The notes below the pieces were generated by a model, which was given only the letters and a program-made list of their open reading frames with translations, made no database searches and had not been told where the DNA came from. A stretch of DNA of 64,000 nucleotides from Candidatus Bathyarchaeia archaeon (GTDB taxonomy: Archaea; Thermoproteota; Bathyarchaeia; Bathyarchaeales; Bathycorpusculaceae), in NCBI GenBank assembly GCA_050015395.1, contig JBEKBM010000018.1, positions 1 to 64,000 of the forward strand, written 5' to 3'. Shown here in pieces: positions 58,489 to 64,000 of this stretch (the stretch's first letter is position 1; every line of letters starts with the position of its first letter). Both the position numbers and the translations under genes were made by a program.

Positions 58489-58785
58489 GTGAAAAGTTTG
58501 AGTTACGATTGGATCTATGCTTTAATTGGCTTCTTGGTTATGTTTGGCTTGTTAGGTGGCATTGGCATAAATAAGCCTAGAGGAATGAGCGTTAAAATGT
58601 GGTGTGCTGGTTACTTGGCAGTTGCGTTGGTTTTTGATGTGTTTGTGGTTTTGGGGTTGGTTGGGCAGTATGCGCCTCTTAACAATTTGCTTTTGGGGCT
58701 TTCTGCAGGCGCCGCCACGGGGTTAGCGATTCATGTTATGCATCACATTAATGAGGAAAACGAACACCCAAGCATTATGGGTTAA
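58489..58785 (+). CDS. Small three-TM membrane protein
   Basis: Hydrophobic 98-aa ORF that fills the gap between two minus-strand genes. Confidence 0.7.
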   Translation: MKSLSYDWIYALIGFLVMFGLLGGIGINKPRGMSVKMWCAGYLAVALVFDVFVVLGLVGQYAPLNNLLLGLSAGAATGLAIHVMHHINEENEHPSIMG

Positions 58786-58795
58786 AAACGCTGAG

Positions 58796-60925
58796 TTATT
58801 TGACGGCCTGCTTGCCGTTTGTTTTCTTGGGTAAGCGAACGATGAACTTTGTTCCTTTATCTACTTGGCTATCGAAGGTTACTGTGCCGCCTAATGCTTC
58901 AGTCATACGTTTAACCACAGCTAAACCGAAGCCTTGACCTTTCGATTTAGTTGTGAATAAAGGCGTGAAAAGTTTGCGTTTGGCTTCTTCAGGTATGCCT
59001 ACGCCAGTGTCCTCAACGGTTATAATATTGTCCTTTCCTTCGCAAAATGCTTGTACTGTTAGTTTTCCGCCGTTTGGCATGGCCTGAACAGCGTTATTCA
59101 CTAAGTTACTTAGAATACGCTGAACGTAGGCTGAATCTGCAACAATTTTTTCAGCACCCTTTTCAACCTTTATTGAAGCTTGGATGTTTTCTGGGATTCT
59201 ATGGTTACTTACCACGTCATCAATTATACGTTTTAAATCAGTTTCCATAGCAATGGGGTTGAGAGGTTTTGCGAAGTCTTGTAGATCTGCAACTATCTTG
59301 TTAATGTATTCAACGTTCTTTTCAATTTCTGATAAGTTTTCTTGAACCGAGGCTTTTTGTTCACTTTCGGGGCAAGAGGACAAGTCTGTTTTTGCCAAAA
59401 AGGTGTCGCCAATAATAGCCTGCAGTGGATTGCGAATATCATGCCCAACCATACTTGCCGTTGCGCCAATAGCGGCAAGCCTCTCTGAATCCCTCAGTTG
59501 CTTTGTGCGTTCTTCAATCAATTGCTCCAAGTGCTTTGAGTATTCTTCAATCTTCTTTTCCATCTGCTTGCGCGCGGTAATGTTCCGTGCCACGTGCACT
59601 GATCCAATCATGCGTCCATGCTCATCCTTAAGAGGAGTAGCGCTCACTATGAAATCTCCTCCAAGCGCATCTTCATGCACTTCTGCTGTGTGTTCTTTCC
59701 CATCCAGCAAGGCTTTTAAATGTGGGCAGGAATCAGGCGGTTTGTCGGTTCCGTGCACATATTTGTAGCATTTTAAGCCGATGCATTGTTCTGGCGTTAT
59801 CCCTAACGCTTGTGCCATTGCTTTGTTCGCACGCGCAATCTCATGTTTGTTATCCAGAATAACGATTAAGTCTGGAACGCTGTTAAAAGTGCGTTCCCAA
59901 TCGAGTTTAGCCTTTTGGAGTGCCTGCTCAATTTGTTTGCGTTCGGTGATGTCGTTTCCTTGAGCGATTGTAGCTATAACCTCTTTGCCTGTTGGGTCGT
60001 ATATGTTTGCTGAATTCCATAGCACTGTTTTCACGTTTCCATCTATGTCGAGGATTGGAATTTCTACTGTTTCCCAATATTCGCCTTCAAATGTGTGCTT
60101 TATATATGCAATTGCCTCTTCTTTTTTATCTTCTGGGAACAGTATTTCCAAGGGTTTTTCTATTACATCGTTAGCGTTTAGACCGGTCAGGCGTTCAAAT
60201 GCGTGATTAAACAAGGTAATTCTGAATTGTGGATCCCACACTATTACAGGCGCGTTAGCATAATTGAGTAGATTCTCAAGGTAATCTCGTGTTTCTTGAA
60301 GCTCGTTCTTCGCTTTCTTGCGTTGAGCGGCATCTTCGATGAGGCTCCATTTTGTGTCTTGTTTGATTAAAGTGCCTACATGGTTGCGAACGGCGTCCAT
60401 AACATCTGTGCCGTTGCAGTTCTTTAGGCAGTAAGTGCACAAGGCAAGCATACGGTGCTGTCCAATGACCGAGTTCACGACTTCTTCGTAATCGACAAAA
60501 CTGTTCCACTGTTCGCGTTCAATCCCAAAGGTGTTTCCTGTGACCCGCATTCCCTCGAAGCTGTGTTTCAGTGCTGTTTTCTCTTTTTCTACCCAGCCCT
60601 GCAGGACTCTGTTTAAGTCGAACTTGCCATCCAGCAAGTACCAGTTGTTGTAAGAGGTTATCTCAATTTGCCCTTTCTTGAAGTATTCATCTAAATCGGG
60701 CACAGCTTTTTGAAGGGCTTCTCTTGCTTCTTCTACTTCAAGAGGCGGCGAAGTTATCCACATGCAAAACTCGTTACTATACAAGCCCTCAGCAAAATAG
60801 GGAACTAAAATGTCAATGAGGTCTTGTTTTGACTCGTAAAACTGGCAAAAATGCGTGCCCCAAGGAACAGAACCGACGAGGCTTACTCCGAACCTCCTAA
60901 AACTGCCAGTTTTTTCGTGTTTAAT
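58796..60925 (-). CDS. MEDS-PAS-PAS sensor histidine kinase (probable ATT start at 60925)
   Basis: The frame upstream of 60784 encodes the MEDS N-terminus (GSVPWGTHFCQFY..DLIDILVPYF). It also has two PAS domains, H-box HDIRNPL, NLVNNA, DTGVG and GQGFGL. Confidence 0.92.
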   Translation of the reverse strand: MKHEKTGSFRRFGVSLVGSVPWGTHFCQFYESKQDLIDILVPYFAEGLYSNEFCMWITSPPLEVEEAREALQKAVPDLDEYFKKGQIEITSYNNWYLLDGKFDLNRVLQGWVEKEKTALKHSFEGMRVTGNTFGIEREQWNSFVDYEEVVNSVIGQHRMLALCTYCLKNCNGTDVMDAVRNHVGTLIKQDTKWSLIEDAAQRKKAKNELQETRDYLENLLNYANAPVIVWDPQFRITLFNHAFERLTGLNANDVIEKPLEILFPEDKKEEAIAYIKHTFEGEYWETVEIPILDIDGNVKTVLWNSANIYDPTGKEVIATIAQGNDITERKQIEQALQKAKLDWERTFNSVPDLIVILDNKHEIARANKAMAQALGITPEQCIGLKCYKYVHGTDKPPDSCPHLKALLDGKEHTAEVHEDALGGDFIVSATPLKDEHGRMIGSVHVARNITARKQMEKKIEEYSKHLEQLIEERTKQLRDSERLAAIGATASMVGHDIRNPLQAIIGDTFLAKTDLSSCPESEQKASVQENLSEIEKNVEYINKIVADLQDFAKPLNPIAMETDLKRIIDDVVSNHRIPENIQASIKVEKGAEKIVADSAYVQRILSNLVNNAVQAMPNGGKLTVQAFCEGKDNIITVEDTGVGIPEEAKRKLFTPLFTTKSKGQGFGLAVVKRMTEALGGTVTFDSQVDKGTKFIVRLPKKTNGKQAVK

Positions 60926-61061
60926 TTTACGTCTCTCCCATATTTTTTTAAATGTACAAACTTCGATTTAAAAGTATGTAAAAATTTTTTTAAAGCAAAC
61001 AAATTAAAAATTGCAGAAATTCGCTAAATTTTTTGATAGGCTTCTAAAACCTTGAGGAGAA

Positions 61062-62930
61062 TCAGCCCCGTAGCTTGCTCAAGATCTTATCAACATCTTC
61101 TAGCTTCAGCTTAACGAGCGTCTCTGATGTGGGAATGCCGTTCTGATCCCACCCTGCTTGCTCGTAGTATTGCCGCACTTTCTGTTTCACGCTTGCCTTG
61201 TCAGCGGCTTGTCCCTTGCAGGGTCCTGAAGGCAACGGCTCGTAGAACCTCTCTGGGTTGTCATCGTCAACTTTTGGGTTCCACTTTAAGTCTGGTCCGC
61301 CTAGAAGCAGAAGAGCGCGTTGTATCTGCAGCGTTTTCATTCCTCCGCCGTTTAGCCATCCCTTGCGACTTAAGCTTTGACCTGTGACTGCATTATAGAA
61401 TTCATATCTAAAGTTTGGCGATATGCTGAATGAAGTGAAAATGCACATTACTGCTGAGTCGTCGAATATTTGCCAAATCTCACTGCCCCATCCGTCAATG
61501 GGCAAGTCAGTCATGGATGAATGGTCGCCCCCCTGTACGCTGCAGGCATAGCCTATTTCTCGTGAGAAGTCTCTTCCGCTTCGGATGCCGTGCGCTCCAA
61601 TACTGATGCCCTTGCTAGTTATAGCGTAAGGCAGAAGGTTTTTGCCTTTCAACTTTCCAAGCTTAAGTGCTGCGCGGTATGTGCCTTCAGCCAACAAGTC
61701 ACCTATGCCTTCTCTATACGCGATTTTCTTTGCCAAAGTGGCAAAAGCGTCAACGTCGCCCCATTCCAACTCTAAACCATCCAGGTCAGCCTTGGTTAGG
61801 ATACCTCGTTGGAACAGTTCAGCCGCGAAACCCAAGACGCTGCCCCCTTGGATGCCGCACATTCCTAAATCTTCAATAAGCGAGGACAAGTACACGTTCT
61901 CTTCAGGCGTAAACAAACCCAAATTTGGACCCAGAAAAGCCTGCAACTCATAATCAGGATTATCCGTTATGGCGCCTTTGTATTTGCCTGCGCGGATGCA
62001 GCTGATTTTCAAGCAGTTTGTGGGGCACCCGAAATCGCTCCATGCAGGTTTGACCCAAACTTTGTTCTCAAACTGATCCACGCCGTAGCTTCTTTGGTCA
62101 TGCCACTCTTCCTGCCAATTGCGAACAGGCTCAGAACTGGTTTCGGCGCCGAAGCTATAGCCTCCTCCTCCAGTTCCCCATCTGCGCCACAACACGTTAC
62201 CGTAGGAGCCCTTGCAGACAACATCAATCATCTGCTTGATTTTCTCCAAATCTGCGACTTCAGGCAGCGGTCCTGTGCCTTTAACCGCAACGGCTTTGAG
62301 GTTTTTTGACCCCATAACAGCACCGTAGCCACCGTAACCAGCCGCATGAGTCCACTTAGCCACAACCACCGAGGTCCGAACTTTCCGTTCACCCGCAGGC
62401 CCAATATACAGTTTAGCTGGCTCCTTCCAAACACCCACGCGTGGATAACGCTCAGCCAACAACCGCCGGCATTCACGGTTCAACAAAGCGTCAGTTTGTT
62501 TGCCATCTTTGCCCCAGATGCTGCTGGCATCCCTGAGCTCCACATCAGAATCCTTAATGAATAAGTAAACTGGTTTCTCAGCTTTTCCTGACACGATTAT
62601 GCCGTCGTAGCCTGCACATCGAAGTTCCACCCCGAACTCGCCGCCAACCGTGGAGCCTACCATACCGTTGCTTTGGGGCGATTTGCCTGTTACACAAGTT
62701 CTGCCGCCTGGGAAATACCCCGTGAAAGGCCCGGGCATAAAAAGCAGGATGTTTTCAGGTCCAAGCGGGTCAACGTTATCCCATTTGTGGATGAGCCTAT
62801 CGCTTAGGATTTTTGCGGCTAGCGCTCTTCCTCCCATATAGTCTTTAAGCCATTCTTCGGGAAGCGTAATGTTTTTGAAGCTTGATTTTGAAAGGTCAAC
62901 TTCCAGGAATTTTCCAGCGTAACCGAGCAT
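61062..62930 (-). CDS. aor: Aldehyde:ferredoxin oxidoreductase family protein
   Basis: DPLGPEN, GKSPQ, AGYDG, YIGPAGE, GAVMGSKNLKA, GC..NC, YYEQAGWD..G.P. Confidence 0.93.
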   Translation of the reverse strand: MLGYAGKFLEVDLSKSSFKNITLPEEWLKDYMGGRALAAKILSDRLIHKWDNVDPLGPENILLFMPGPFTGYFPGGRTCVTGKSPQSNGMVGSTVGGEFGVELRCAGYDGIIVSGKAEKPVYLFIKDSDVELRDASSIWGKDGKQTDALLNRECRRLLAERYPRVGVWKEPAKLYIGPAGERKVRTSVVVAKWTHAAGYGGYGAVMGSKNLKAVAVKGTGPLPEVADLEKIKQMIDVVCKGSYGNVLWRRWGTGGGGYSFGAETSSEPVRNWQEEWHDQRSYGVDQFENKVWVKPAWSDFGCPTNCLKISCIRAGKYKGAITDNPDYELQAFLGPNLGLFTPEENVYLSSLIEDLGMCGIQGGSVLGFAAELFQRGILTKADLDGLELEWGDVDAFATLAKKIAYREGIGDLLAEGTYRAALKLGKLKGKNLLPYAITSKGISIGAHGIRSGRDFSREIGYACSVQGGDHSSMTDLPIDGWGSEIWQIFDDSAVMCIFTSFSISPNFRYEFYNAVTGQSLSRKGWLNGGGMKTLQIQRALLLLGGPDLKWNPKVDDDNPERFYEPLPSGPCKGQAADKASVKQKVRQYYEQAGWDQNGIPTSETLVKLKLEDVDKILSKLRG

Positions 62931-63469
62931 TAAAAGAACTCCTCCGCTTTTTCGCCATACAACTTAATCGCAAGGTTTCTAGCAGTCTCTTCAGGAGCAC
63001 GTGCGTAAAGCTTGAACTCGTGATCTTCACGGTCAACGGCTTTTAAGCAGTTCCAGCCGCCTTCCTGGCAGACTTTGGTGCACTTCGGGTCGCCGCCACA
63101 TAGGTCGCAGATCAAAACCTTCTTACTCTGAGGGTGAACATGCGGTACTTTACCTGGGCAGGCATCAATGCATTTGCCGCAGCCCGTGCACTTGTCCACG
63201 TTAACAATGACGGCGCTGGTTTCCTTGTTTACGGCAAGAGCTTTGAATGGACATGCCTCAACGCATGGATAATCCTCGCACTGCGTGCATAAGTGGGGAA
63301 ATTCTGCGCCTGGAACTAGCATAAACACGCGAACTCTCGACGCTTCAGGCCAGATTTTATTTTCATGATGCAGAGAGCAGGCAATCTCGCATTTGCGGCA
63401 ACCACTGCATCTTGATAATTCTCGGCTTATCCAGATCGGATTGGAGTTCTTCACTGTATTTTCTACCAT
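62930..63469 (-). CDS. 4Fe-4S dicluster protein (AOR partner subunit)
   Basis: CSGCRKCEIAC, CTQC...CVEACP, CTGCGKCIDACP, CDLC...C...C. Confidence 0.93.
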   Translation of the reverse strand: MVENTVKNSNPIWISRELSRCSGCRKCEIACSLHHENKIWPEASRVRVFMLVPGAEFPHLCTQCEDYPCVEACPFKALAVNKETSAVIVNVDKCTGCGKCIDACPGKVPHVHPQSKKVLICDLCGGDPKCTKVCQEGGWNCLKAVDREDHEFKLYARAPEETARNLAIKLYGEKAEEFF

Positions 63470-63729
63470 TCAGTATCACTTTATAATGGGATTACGCGTC
63501 AACATACCTCAACCTATAAGAAGAAAAACGTTTTGGAAATACATGCTTCATTATCAGGCATGATCTTCTGAGCAACTGATGCTCATACTATTACATATTT
63601 GCCTACAATGCTCTGAAGATACGATGCAACCTCTCAATATGAGAGCCCGAACAATGCGTAGATGCAATTCAGAGAAAAAGTGTAATATATTATTCAGCGC
63701 TAACTGTATAAGTACAAGTGAAAAAAAAC

Positions 63730-64000
63730 TTGAGGCGAAAATCAATAATCCTCGGCTTAGCCGCTGTGCTTATCATCGTAATTATCGGCGGATACTTTGG
63801 CTGGAACTATTACATAGGCCACCCCTCAGTGGAGCAAGTGCGAGACATGACCATGGCATACATCAAAGCGCACCATAACGAAACGGCGCAGTACATGCAA
63901 AGTTTCTCGTGGACTGGCGGAGACATAACGCCTGAGGGCCTTGTAGGCGGACAGTGGTATTCCTATCAGAGTGCAGGCTGGAACATAACAATCCAGTATC
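63730..64000 (+). CDS. Partial membrane-anchored/secreted hypothetical protein (runs off right edge)
   Basis: My translation from TTG 63730, MRRKSIILGLAAVLIIVIIGGYFGWNYY...VRDMTMAYIK...WTGGDITPEGLVG, stays open to the window end. Confidence 0.75.
   Translation, partial: MRRKSIILGLAAVLIIVIIGGYFGWNYYIGHPSVEQVRDMTMAYIKAHHNETAQYMQSFSWTGGDITPEGLVGGQWYSYQSAGWNITIQY

Noticed and set aside
63554-63878. Track ORFs of 63 and 99 aa near the right edge
   Set aside because: A different plus-strand frame from TTG 63730 gives a more convincing protein with an N-terminal membrane anchor.

Overview
This is a 64 kb archaeal chromosomal segment. Gene content and order (PolD DP1/DP2, GINS, PriS/PriL, PCNA, Elf1, thaumarchaeal-type archaeosortase, MEDS-PAS kinase) point to TACK archaea, most likely Bathyarchaeia; this is inferred from recognition only. 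Most of the window is a conserved information-processing supercluster. It also holds a cdc6-linked replication origin with ORB boxes at about 42.7-43.3 kb. Two regions stand out. (1) At 0.2-3.5 kb, a three-gene cassette encodes a divergent class III nucleotidyl cyclase, a co-transcribed SAM methyltransferase and a convergent Pycsar-type (PycTM/DUF5706-like) membrane effector. It is bracketed by two copies of a TTACTAGTAAA + tRNA T-loop/3'-end motif and lies beside a probable transposase, so it is a candidate new nucleotide-signalling defence system. (2) At 39.7-43.3 kb, an origin-proximal module has two dense GTGAY/RTCAC repeat arrays, a membrane-anchored coiled-coil winged-helix protein and two further putative DNA-binding proteins, so it is a candidate chromosome anchoring or segregation system. 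No intact tRNA, rRNA or CRISPR array was seen. All calls come from reading motifs by eye; no database search was run.
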